Assembly (NCBI GenBank): GCA_964573635.1
Contig: CAZNKG010000001.1
Coordinates: 195,672 to 259,671, forward strand
Direction of reading: 5' to 3'
From: an uncultured Desulfatibacillum sp.
GTDB lineage: Bacteria > Desulfobacterota > Desulfobacteria > Desulfobacterales > SpSt-501
Length of the DNA: 64,000 nt
The translations under genes and the position numbers were made by a program. Each line of letters begins with the position of its first letter. The stretch's first letter is position 1. The notes beneath the pieces are model-generated. The model was not told the DNA's origin and did not search any database. It was given only the letters and a program-made list of their open reading frames with translations. Of this stretch, positions 56,444 through 64,000 are shown piece after piece.

Positions 56444-57936
56444 GCGCCGCGGCCCTCGCCGTCCTCGGGACGGGATCCGACGTGGGCAAGAGCATCGTCA
56501 CGACGGCGCTCTGCCGGGTGCTCGCGCGCCGCGGGGTGAAGGTCGCCCCCTTCAAGGCCCAGAACATGTCGAACAACTCCGGGGTGACCCCCGCGGGGCT
56601 CGAGATGGGGCGGGCCCAGATCGCGCAGGCCGAGGCGGCCGGGATTGCGCCCGAGGTCGACATGAACCCGATCCTCCTCAAGCCGACGAGCGAGGTCGGC
56701 TCCCAGGTGGTGCTTTTGGGGCGCGTGCTCGGCAACCGCACGGCGGCCGAATACCACCGCGGCAAGGAGGGGCTCTTCGCCGCGGCCGCCGCCGCCCTCG
56801 ACCGGCTGCGGGCGCGGTTCGACTTCGTCGTGCTCGAGGGGGCGGGCTCCTGCGCCGAGGTGAACCTGATGGCCGAAGACATCGTCAACCTGCGCATGGC
56901 CGCCCACGCCCGGGCGCCGGTCGTGCTGGTCGCCGACATCCACCGCGGCGGGGTCTTCGCCCAGATCGTGGGGACCCTCGCCTGCCTGGACGCCGCCGGC
57001 CGCGAGGCGGTCGCCGGGTTCATCGTGAACCGCTTCCGCGGGGACCTCGCCCTCTTCGCCGGCGGGGTGCGCTGGATCGAGGCGCAGACCGCCAAGCCCG
57101 TCTTCGGCGTGCTGCCCTGGCTCTCCGGGATGCGGGTCGACGCCGAGGACTCTGTCGTCATCGAAAACCCGGAGCGCGCCGTCGGGCCGGCGGCGGCCGG
57201 GGCCGCGGCCATCGCCGTCGTGCGCCTGCCGCACATCGCGAACTTCACCGACTTCGCGCCGCTCGGCGCCGTCCCGGGGGTCGCGGTCCGCTACCTGGAG
57301 CGGCCGCAGCCGCTCGGAGCGTTCCGCGCGGTGATCCTGCCGGGGTCGAAGAACACGCGCGCCGACCTCGCCTGGCTGCACGCCACCGGCTGGAGCGCGG
57401 CGCTCCGCGCCTATGCCGCAGAGGGCGGCCGGCTGCTCGGAATCTGCGGCGGCTACCAGATGCTCGGCGGCGCGGTGCACGACCCCGAGGGGCACGAGGG
57501 GGCGGCGGGCGCCACCCCGGGGCTCGGCCTTTTGCCGGTCGAAACCGTGCTCGAGGCCCCCAAGACGACGACCCTCACCCGCTTCCTCTGGGAGGGGGCC
57601 GCGGGCGAGGGCTACGAGATCCACATGGGACGGACGACGCGCACGGGCGGCCGGCCGCTTTGGCGCGTCGTCGGCCGCAACGGCGCGCCGGCCGACGAGG
57701 CGGAGGGCTGCCGGGACGCCGCGGGCCGCCTCATGGGGACCTACATCCACGGCCTTTTCGACAGCCCGGCGGTCTGCGCCCGGTTTCTCGCGGCGATCGG
57801 TCTCGAGGGGGCGCAGCCGGCGGGGCCCGGCGGACTGGCGGCGCGGCGGGCGGAGTACGAGCGGCTCGCCGACCACTTCGAAGCCCACGTCGACGTCGAG
57901 GCGCTGCTGCGGCGGGCGAAAGGGAGCGCGGCATGA
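56440..57936 (+). CDS. cbiP: Cobyric acid synthase (CobQ/CbiP)
   Basis: LAVLGTGSDVGKSIVTTALCRVLARRGVKVAPFKAQNMSNNS and a C-terminal GATase (ICGGYQMLG). ATGA overlap with cobO. Confidence 0.9.
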   Translation: MSAAALAVLGTGSDVGKSIVTTALCRVLARRGVKVAPFKAQNMSNNSGVTPAGLEMGRAQIAQAEAAGIAPEVDMNPILLKPTSEVGSQVVLLGRVLGNRTAAEYHRGKEGLFAAAAAALDRLRARFDFVVLEGAGSCAEVNLMAEDIVNLRMAAHARAPVVLVADIHRGGVFAQIVGTLACLDAAGREAVAGFIVNRFRGDLALFAGGVRWIEAQTAKPVFGVLPWLSGMRVDAEDSVVIENPERAVGPAAAGAAAIAVVRLPHIANFTDFAPLGAVPGVAVRYLERPQPLGAFRAVILPGSKNTRADLAWLHATGWSAALRAYAAEGGRLLGICGGYQMLGGAVHDPEGHEGAAGATPGLGLLPVETVLEAPKTTTLTRFLWEGAAGEGYEIHMGRTTRTGGRPLWRVVGRNGAPADEAEGCRDAAGRLMGTYIHGLFDSPAVCARFLAAIGLEGAQPAGPGGLAARRAEYERLADHFEAHVDVEALLRRAKGSAA

Positions 57937-58457
57937 ACGACCTCACGTTCGTGATCGGCGGCTGCCGCAGCGGCAAGAGCCGGATCGCCCTCGCGGAGGC
58001 CGCGGGCCGTCCGGCGGAGAGGCGGATCTTCGTCGCGACCGCCGAGCCCGGCGACGAGGAGATGCGCGCCCGCATCCTGAGCCACCGGGCCGAGCGGGGC
58101 GCGGCGTGGCTCACCGTGGAGGCGCCCCGCGACCTTCCGGAGGCGGTCGCCCGCCACGGGGCCGACCCGGGAAGCGTGCTGCTCATCGACTGCCTGACCA
58201 TCTGGGTCGCGAACCTCCTTTTGCAGGACGAAACGGGGGCGGCGGCGGCGGGCGGGATGGAGCGCCTCGCCGCGGCGCTCGGCTCGGCCGCGGCGCCGGT
58301 CGTCGCCGTGTCGAACGAGGTCGGCGCCGGGATCGTCCCCGAGAACCGCCTGGCGCGCCGGTTCCGGGACGCGGCCGGCGCGGTCAACCAGGCGGTGGCG
58401 GCGCTCGCCGGCAAGGTGATCTGGGTGGTCGCGGGGATCGGGGTCAGGATCAAGTAA
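57933..58457 (+). CDS. cobU: Adenosylcobinamide kinase / adenosylcobinamide-phosphate guanylyltransferase
   Basis: LTFVIGGCRSGKSRIALAEA P-loop, ...LIDCLTIWVANL..., SNEVGAGIVPEN. ATGA overlap with cbiP. Confidence 0.9.
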   Translation: MNDLTFVIGGCRSGKSRIALAEAAGRPAERRIFVATAEPGDEEMRARILSHRAERGAAWLTVEAPRDLPEAVARHGADPGSVLLIDCLTIWVANLLLQDETGAAAAGGMERLAAALGSAAAPVVAVSNEVGAGIVPENRLARRFRDAAGAVNQAVAALAGKVIWVVAGIGVRIK

Positions 58458-58530
58458 GAACCGGCAGGCCGACGGCGGGCCGGGTCGGCACGCCGCGCCA
58501 TGGGACCTGGCGGATCGGGAGGGTCGGGGA

Positions 58531-59262
58531 TTGAGGGGGTTTCGGGCGGCAGTGCAGTTCATGACGGTGCTCCCGGCGGGGCGGGCGGCGGAGTTCGACC
58601 CGGTCCGGATGGCCGCCTGGTTTCCGGCGGTGGGGCTCATGCTCGGGGGCATCGTCGCCCTCATCGACTATCCGGCGCGGGCCCTCTTAGGGCCGGCGGC
58701 GGCGGCGGCCGTGGATGTCGTGGCGCTCGCCCTGTTGACCGGCGCCTTCCACCTCGACGGGCTGGGCGACACCGCCGACGGCCTCTTCAGCCACCGCCCC
58801 CGCGAGCGGGTGCTCGCGATCATGAAGGACAGCCGCATCGGCGCCATGGGCGTGGTGGCGATCTTGTCCGTGATGCTGCTCAAGTGGGCCGGGATCGCCG
58901 CGCTCGGGGAAAACCGCGCCGCCGTGCTCGCGCTCGCGCCGGCCTACGGCCGCTCGGCCGTCCTGGCCGCCATGCGCTTTCTGCCCTATGCGCGGCCGGA
59001 GGGCGGCACGGGCGGAGCCTTCTTCGCGGTGCGGATCGGCTGGCGGGCCTTCTGGGGGCTGGCCGTCGCGGCGGCGGCCTCGCTCGCCCTCGGCCGCCAG
59101 GGGCTCGCCGTGAACGCGGCCTTCCTCGCCGCCGCGGCGGGGATGATCGCCTTCTACCGGGCGCGGCTGGGAGGGGTCACCGGCGACATGCTGGGGGCGC
59201 TGGTCGAAACGCTTGAGGCCGCCTTGTTTCTCGCGGCGGCCGCCGCGGGAGGCGCCCCTTGA
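58531..59262 (+). CDS. cobS: Adenosylcobinamide-GDP ribazoletransferase (cobalamin synthase)
   Basis: FRAAVQFMTVLP... and ...HLDGLGDTADGLFS, hydrophobic, 243 aa. TTG start as in the ORF track. Confidence 0.85.
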   Translation: MRGFRAAVQFMTVLPAGRAAEFDPVRMAAWFPAVGLMLGGIVALIDYPARALLGPAAAAAVDVVALALLTGAFHLDGLGDTADGLFSHRPRERVLAIMKDSRIGAMGVVAILSVMLLKWAGIAALGENRAAVLALAPAYGRSAVLAAMRFLPYARPEGGTGGAFFAVRIGWRAFWGLAVAAAASLALGRQGLAVNAAFLAAAAGMIAFYRARLGGVTGDMLGALVETLEAALFLAAAAAGGAP

Positions 59263-60356
59263 TCGGCGGGCACGGGGGAAACGTCTACGAGCTCGCGCGC
59301 CGGCTCGGATGCCGGCCGGAGGATATCGACGACTTGAGCAGCAACGTGAACCCGCTCGGCCCGCCGCCGGGGCTCCTCGCGCATCTCGCCGCGCAAATGG
59401 CGGCGGTCACCCGGCTGCCGGAGGTGGACAACCGCGGCCTGCTCGCGGCGGCGGCGCCCTGGCTCGGCGTCGCGGCGGAGCGCCTGCTCGCGGCCGGCGG
59501 CACGACCCAGTTCATCTACGCCCTCCCCCGGCTCCTCGCGGCGCGCCGGGTGTTGATCGCCGCCCCCACCTATTCCGACTATGCCGACGCCTGCCGCCTC
59601 GCGGGGGTCGCGGCGCGGTCCTGCGTCGCCGACGAAAGCCGCGGCTTCCAGCCGGACCCCGCGGCGCTCGAGGCCGCGCTGCGCCGCGAGGGGGCCGACA
59701 CGCTCGTCATCTGCAACCCCAACAACCCGACCGGGGCGCTCGTGCCGGCCGAGGAGATCCGCCGCCTGGCCCGCCGCAACGCGGGCGTGCGCTTCGTCGT
59801 CGACGAGTCCTACCTCCCCTTCGTCCCCGGCGGGGAGGCCGAAAGCCTCGCGGCCGCGGGGCTCGAAAACGTCCTGGCGCTCGTCTCGGTTTCCAAGATA
59901 TACTGCATTTCGGGGCTGCGCCTGGGCTTTCTCGCCGCCCCGGCGGCGTTCGTCAAGCGGGCCGCCGCGCAGCTGCTCCCCTGGAGCGTGAACAGCCTCG
60001 CCCAGGCGGCCGTCGCCTGGCTCGCCGCAAACGCGGCGGCGGTGGCCGCGTTCGTGGCGCAGACCCAGCGCTATCTCGAAGCCGAGCGCCGCGCGTTCCG
60101 CGAGCGCCTGGCGGGGGTGCCCGGCCTCACGGTCTTCCCCGGCAGCGCCTCGTTTCTGCTGATCCGGCTCCCGCAGGCCCTGGGCGCCGCGGAGGTGGCG
60201 GCGCGCTTCGCCGCCGAGCGCCTGCTGATCCGGCCGGCCGCAAACTTCGAGGGCCTCTCGGAGCGCTTCATCCGCATCTCCCCCAAGGGGGCCGCGGTCA
60301 ACCGCCGGGCGGCCGATCTGCTCCGCGCGCTCGCCGCCGGCCCGGAGCGCCGGTAA
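59259..60356 (+). CDS. cobD: Threonine-phosphate decarboxylase (class I/II aminotransferase fold)
   Basis: HGGNVYELARRLGCRPEDIDDLSSNVNPLGPP and the PLP-lysine region SVSKIYCISGLRLGF. TTGA overlap with cobS. Confidence 0.8.
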   Translation: MIGGHGGNVYELARRLGCRPEDIDDLSSNVNPLGPPPGLLAHLAAQMAAVTRLPEVDNRGLLAAAAPWLGVAAERLLAAGGTTQFIYALPRLLAARRVLIAAPTYSDYADACRLAGVAARSCVADESRGFQPDPAALEAALRREGADTLVICNPNNPTGALVPAEEIRRLARRNAGVRFVVDESYLPFVPGGEAESLAAAGLENVLALVSVSKIYCISGLRLGFLAAPAAFVKRAAAQLLPWSVNSLAQAAVAWLAANAAAVAAFVAQTQRYLEAERRAFRERLAGVPGLTVFPGSASFLLIRLPQALGAAEVAARFAAERLLIRPAANFEGLSERFIRISPKGAAVNRRAADLLRALAAGPERR

Positions 60357-60360
60357 CCCC

Positions 60361-61326
60361 ATGGCGGAGTGGATCGCGCTCGCGACGCTTCCGGCGGCCT
60401 TCGCCCTCGACCTCCTCCTGGGCGATCCGCCGCAGTGGCCGCACCCGGTGCGCTGGATGGGGCGGGCGATCACCGCCGCCGAGCCCCTGTTCCGGGCGCT
60501 GCCGCTGCCGGCGGCGGCGAGCGGCGCCCTCTTCGCGGGCGCGCTCGTCGCGGGCACCTGGATCGCGGCCCGCGCGCTGACGGCGCTCAGCAGCGGGCTC
60601 GACCCGCTTCTGGGCTGGGCGGTCGAAGTCGCGCTGATCACCACCTGCCTCGCCGGCCGCTCGCTCGACGCCGCCGGCCGCGAGATCCACGGCCTGCTCG
60701 CCGCCGGCCGCGTGGATGCGGCGCGGGAGAAGGTCGCCCTGATCGTCGGCCGCGACGTCGACCGCTACGGGGCCGAGGACATCGCGCGGGCCACGGTCGA
60801 GACCGTCGCCGAAAACACCGTCGACGGCCTGCTCTCCCCGCTGCTCTTCGCGGCCCTCGGGGGGGCGCCGCTCGCGCTCGCCTTCAAGATGGTGAGCACG
60901 CTCGACTCCATGGTCGGCTACCGCAGCCCGCGCTATCGCGACTTCGGCAAGGCGTCTGCACGGCTGGACGACGCCGCGAACTTCCTCCCGGCGCGGCTCG
61001 CGCTCGTGCCGATCGCCCTGGCGGCCGAGCTTCTGGGCGGCACGGGCCGGCGCAGCCTCGAGACGGCGCTCGCGGAGGGGATGCACCACCAGAGCCCGAA
61101 CGCCGGCTGGCCGGAGGCCGCCTTCGCCGGGGCGCTCGGGGTCAAACTGAACGGGCCCAACTTCTACGGCGGCGTCCTGGTGGAGAAGCCGTTCATCGGC
61201 GTGCGGTTCGGAGCGGTGCGGCTTTCGGACATCCCCCGGGCCTGCGATCTCCTGCTGCTCGCATCGATCGCCGCCCTGCCGGCGGCCGTGGCCCTCGCCT
61301 GGCTGAGAAACGCCTATGGGGCTTGA
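60361..61326 (+). CDS. cbiB: Adenosylcobinamide-phosphate synthase (CbiB)
   Basis: LDLLLGDPPQWPHPVRWMGRAI, ...NTVDGLLSPLLFAALGG..., HHQSPNAGWPEAAFAGALG. Confidence 0.9.
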   Translation: MAEWIALATLPAAFALDLLLGDPPQWPHPVRWMGRAITAAEPLFRALPLPAAASGALFAGALVAGTWIAARALTALSSGLDPLLGWAVEVALITTCLAGRSLDAAGREIHGLLAAGRVDAAREKVALIVGRDVDRYGAEDIARATVETVAENTVDGLLSPLLFAALGGAPLALAFKMVSTLDSMVGYRSPRYRDFGKASARLDDAANFLPARLALVPIALAAELLGGTGRRSLETALAEGMHHQSPNAGWPEAAFAGALGVKLNGPNFYGGVLVEKPFIGVRFGAVRLSDIPRACDLLLLASIAALPAAVALAWLRNAYGA

Positions 61327-61735
61327 GAAGCTCACCCGGCTCGTCGCGCTCGCCTCCGAGGCGCGGGCCATCGTGAACGACCTCTTGTGGAACCGGCCGG
61401 CCCGCCGCGGCGTCCTGGAGGTGTACCTCCTGGGGCTGCTCGCCCAGATCCAGTCGATAGCCGTTTCCCTGCGCACGGCGGCGATCACGGGGCGGACGGC
61501 GCGCGCCGACCCCGCGGGGTCCGCCGCCGCGGGCGAAACGCAACTCCAGGAAAAGCTCGCCTTCTTCCGCTCCGCCCTCGCCGCGCCCGCGCCGCGGGCC
61601 CCCAACGTGCTCCCCTTCGAGCGCCGCCGCCGCCCGGCCGACCGGCGGGTGCTGCACACCTACCTCGCGCGCGACCGCCGCAGCGGCATCGCCGACCGCC
61701 GCCGCCGCAGGCCTCCCGGGAGCCGGGCGGGGTGA
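61316..61735 (+). CDS. Hypothetical protein with Arg-rich C-terminus
   Basis: Overlaps the cbiB end by 11 nt. The N-terminal half looks helical (LTRLVALASEARAIVNDLLWN...LLGLLAQIQSIAVSL). The C-terminal half is Arg/Pro/Ala-rich, so coding status is uncertain in this GC context. Confidence 0.35.
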   Translation: MGLEKLTRLVALASEARAIVNDLLWNRPARRGVLEVYLLGLLAQIQSIAVSLRTAAITGRTARADPAGSAAAGETQLQEKLAFFRSALAAPAPRAPNVLPFERRRRPADRRVLHTYLARDRRSGIADRRRRRPPGSRAG

Positions 61736-61763
61736 GGCGCGCGGGGCGGGGCGCCCGGCGCCG

Positions 61764-63575
61764 TCATCCGCGGTACATGGCTTCGATCAGGTCCTTGAAC
61801 GCCTCATTCACGAACTTGCGCTTGACCTTCATGGTGGGGGTGACCTCGCCGTCCTCGACGTAGAGCTTTTTCGGCAGGATGGTGAACTTCTTGATCTGTT
61901 CGACCCGCGAGAGGGTTTCGTTCACGGCGTCGAGCTCGCGCTGGACGAGGGCGCGGATCTGCGGATGCGCGGTGAGGTCTCCGTAGGTCGAGAATTGGAT
62001 CTTGTGGTCCTGGGCGTACTTGACGACGTTGTCCTCGTCGATCATGACGAGCGCGGAGAGGAACTTGCGCCGGTCGCCGATCACGACGGCGTCGTTGATG
62101 TAGATGCTCGCCTTGAGCTTGTTCTCGATGTACTGGGGGGTGATGTTCTTGCCGCCGGCCGTCACGATGATGTCCTTCTTGCGGTCGGTGATGCGCAGAA
62201 ACCCGTCGGCGTCGAGCTCGCCCACGTCCCCGGAGTAGAGCCAGCCGTCGCGGACGGTCTCGGCGGTCGCCTCCGGGTTTTTGAAGTACCCCTTGAAGAC
62301 GCCGGGGGATTTCACCAGGATCTCGCCGTCGGCGGCGATGCGGACCTCGACCCCGGTCAGCGGCTTGCCCACCGCGCCGAACTTCACCTGCCCGATGCGC
62401 GACACCGTGGTGACGCCGGTCCCCTCGGTCTGGCCGTAGCCCTCGACCAAGTTCACCCCGATCGCGTTGAAGAAGAGCAGGATGTCGGGGGCGATCGGCG
62501 CCGCCCCCGAATAGGCGACCCACATCCGGTCGAGCCCCATGCGCTCCTTGAGCTTGCGGAAGACGGCGAAATGGGCGAGGCGGTAGAGGATCTCCAGGTG
62601 GGCCGGCACGGGCCGCAGGGCCATCCGCAGCTCGGCCCTCCGCCGGCCGATCTTGAGCGCGCCGAAAAAGCACAGCTTCTTGAAGCGGGTCGCGTCCGCC
62701 ATGCGGATCATGATGGCCGAGTAGTACTTCTCCCAGATGCGCGGCACGGCGTGCCCCACGGTCGGGGAGACCTCCATCATGTTCTCGGTGACCGTGTCGG
62801 GGCTTTCGATGAAGTTCACCGTGTGGCCGACGGTGATGTGGCCGAGCACGGTGAAGAGCTGCTCGAAGATGTGGCACAGCGGCAGGAAGGAGAGGATCTC
62901 GTCCTCGCCGCGCATGGGGTTTTCGCGGGTGATCGCCTCGCCCATCCACAGGCAGTTCGTGTGGGTGAGCATCGCCCCCTTGGGCGGGCCGGTCGTGCCC
63001 GAGGTGTAGATCAGCACGGAGACGTCGTCGGGCCGGATGGCGGCGACGCGCTCCGCGAAGCGCTGCGGGTGCTCCTCAGCCGCCCGGGCCCCGAGCGCGA
63101 GGAGCTCCGCGAAGGTCGTGACCATCGGGTCCTTGAAGCGCCGCAGGCCCTCGGTGTCCCAGACGATGACCCGGACGAGCGCCGGGACGCGCTCGCGGAA
63201 GTGGAGCCACTTGTCGAGCTGCTCCTCGTTTTCGACGAAAAGGAACCGCGACTCGGAGTGCGCCACCACGTACTCCACCTGCTGCCAGGCGTTCGTCGAG
63301 TAGATGCCGACGGCGGCCGCCCCGCAGCACTGGATGCCGAGATCCGCCCAGACCCACTCCGGGCAGTTGTCGCCGATGATGGCGGCGCGCTGCCCGGCGG
63401 CGAGCCCCATCGCCATGAGGCCGCAGGCGACCTGTTCGACCTTTTGGCGGTAGTCGTTCCAGGTGATGTCGTGCCACAGGCCGAACTCCTTGCGGCGCAT
63501 CGCGACGCGGCCGCCCCAGCGCCGCGCCGCCGCGACAAACCGCGACGGAACCGTCTCCTCAGGCATTGCATTCAT
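61764..63575 (-). CDS. Long-chain-fatty-acid--CoA ligase (AMP-binding family)
   Basis: LIYTSGTTGPPKGAMLTH, GYGQTEGT, YSGDVGELDADGFLRITDRKKD, TPTMKVKRK. Confidence 0.9.
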   Translation of the reverse strand: MNAMPEETVPSRFVAAARRWGGRVAMRRKEFGLWHDITWNDYRQKVEQVACGLMAMGLAAGQRAAIIGDNCPEWVWADLGIQCCGAAAVGIYSTNAWQQVEYVVAHSESRFLFVENEEQLDKWLHFRERVPALVRVIVWDTEGLRRFKDPMVTTFAELLALGARAAEEHPQRFAERVAAIRPDDVSVLIYTSGTTGPPKGAMLTHTNCLWMGEAITRENPMRGEDEILSFLPLCHIFEQLFTVLGHITVGHTVNFIESPDTVTENMMEVSPTVGHAVPRIWEKYYSAIMIRMADATRFKKLCFFGALKIGRRRAELRMALRPVPAHLEILYRLAHFAVFRKLKERMGLDRMWVAYSGAAPIAPDILLFFNAIGVNLVEGYGQTEGTGVTTVSRIGQVKFGAVGKPLTGVEVRIAADGEILVKSPGVFKGYFKNPEATAETVRDGWLYSGDVGELDADGFLRITDRKKDIIVTAGGKNITPQYIENKLKASIYINDAVVIGDRRKFLSALVMIDEDNVVKYAQDHKIQFSTYGDLTAHPQIRALVQRELDAVNETLSRVEQIKKFTILPKKLYVEDGEVTPTMKVKRKFVNEAFKDLIEAMYRG

Positions 63576-63638
63576 CTCCGCGTCCCGATCTGGCGTGTGG
63601 TGTCGCGCCGGGGCGGGGGGGCCCGGCGCCCGGCGCCG

Positions 63639-64000
63639 CTAGCGCCAGGTCTTCTTGCGCTTCCAGCGCTGGAACCCCTTCACCGAGGCCTCCGAGCGCA
63701 CCCCCATGTAGAACTCCTTCACGTCCTTGTCCTGCAACAGGTCGCAGGCCCTGCCCTTCATCACGAAGCGCCCGTTTTCGAGGATCAGGCCGGTGTGGGC
63801 GATCCCGAGCGCCATGCGCGCGTTCTGCTCGACGAGGAAGATCGTCACCCCCTCGGCGTTCAGCGACTGGATGATGCGGAAGATCTCCTTGACGAGAATC
63901 GGGGAGAGCCCGAGCGAGGGCTCGTCCAGCAGGAGCAGCTTCGGCCGGCTCATGAGCGCCCGGCCGATCGCGAGCATCTGCTGCTCGCCGCCCGACAGCG
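63639..64000 (-). CDS. Branched-chain amino acid ABC transporter ATPase (LivF-like), 5' end outside window
   Basis: SGGEQQMLAIGRALMSRPKLLLLDEPSLGLSP (signature plus Walker B). The reading frame is open to the window edge. Confidence 0.85.
   Translation of the reverse strand, partial: LSGGEQQMLAIGRALMSRPKLLLLDEPSLGLSPILVKEIFRIIQSLNAEGVTIFLVEQNARMALGIAHTGLILENGRFVMKGRACDLLQDKDVKEFYMGVRSEASVKGFQRWKRKKTWR

Overview
High-GC (about 70% by eye) bacterial chromosome segment with an anaerobe-type gene set; a Desulfobacterota-like origin is inference only. Left to right: (1) the end of a molybdopterin oxidoreductase operon with FeS and GltD-like NAD(P)H partners. (2) Housekeeping and envelope genes: carbamoyltransferase, MFS, bacterioferritin, MaoC/acyl-CoA ligase, EamA, two glycosyltransferases, GSCFA, gatB, and an FG-GAP protein. 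(3) A visibly lower-GC segment of about 9.3 kb (about 20.85-30.15 kb). The same 17-nt GC palindrome core occurs at both ends, and the segment ends in a decayed IS110-type transposase. It carries a PAS/sigma-54 enhancer-binding protein, two sigma-54-type promoters, a NifX-like protein and an operon I cannot assign. That operon encodes a small protein, a 470-aa Trp/His-rich polytopic membrane protein, a Tat-exported MBL-fold protein and a small anchored protein. These are followed by a DsrC/TusE-like ORF broken by an in-frame TAA and a COG0523 (CobW-type) GTPase with an N-terminal extension of about 315 aa. This is my best candidate for an undescribed system. (4) Porin, then mutL, a small ORF, gatA, gatC and a SPOR gene on the minus strand. 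(5) An expanded Ni/Co ECF uptake cluster (DUF4198, porin, CbiM, NikL/CbiN-position protein, DUF3842, CooT, CbiQ, CbiO) behind an unassigned terminator-containing leader. (6) cobT and a long anaerobic cobalamin operon (btuCDF-like, cbiA/C/L/D/ET/FG/H, cobO, cbiP, cobU, cobS, cobD, cbiB), controlled by two divergent back-to-back cobalamin riboswitches. (7) An acyl-CoA ligase and a partial LivF-like ATPase. Many long ORFs in the six-frame track are GC-driven artefacts. All family assignments come from motif recognition by eye; no searches were run.
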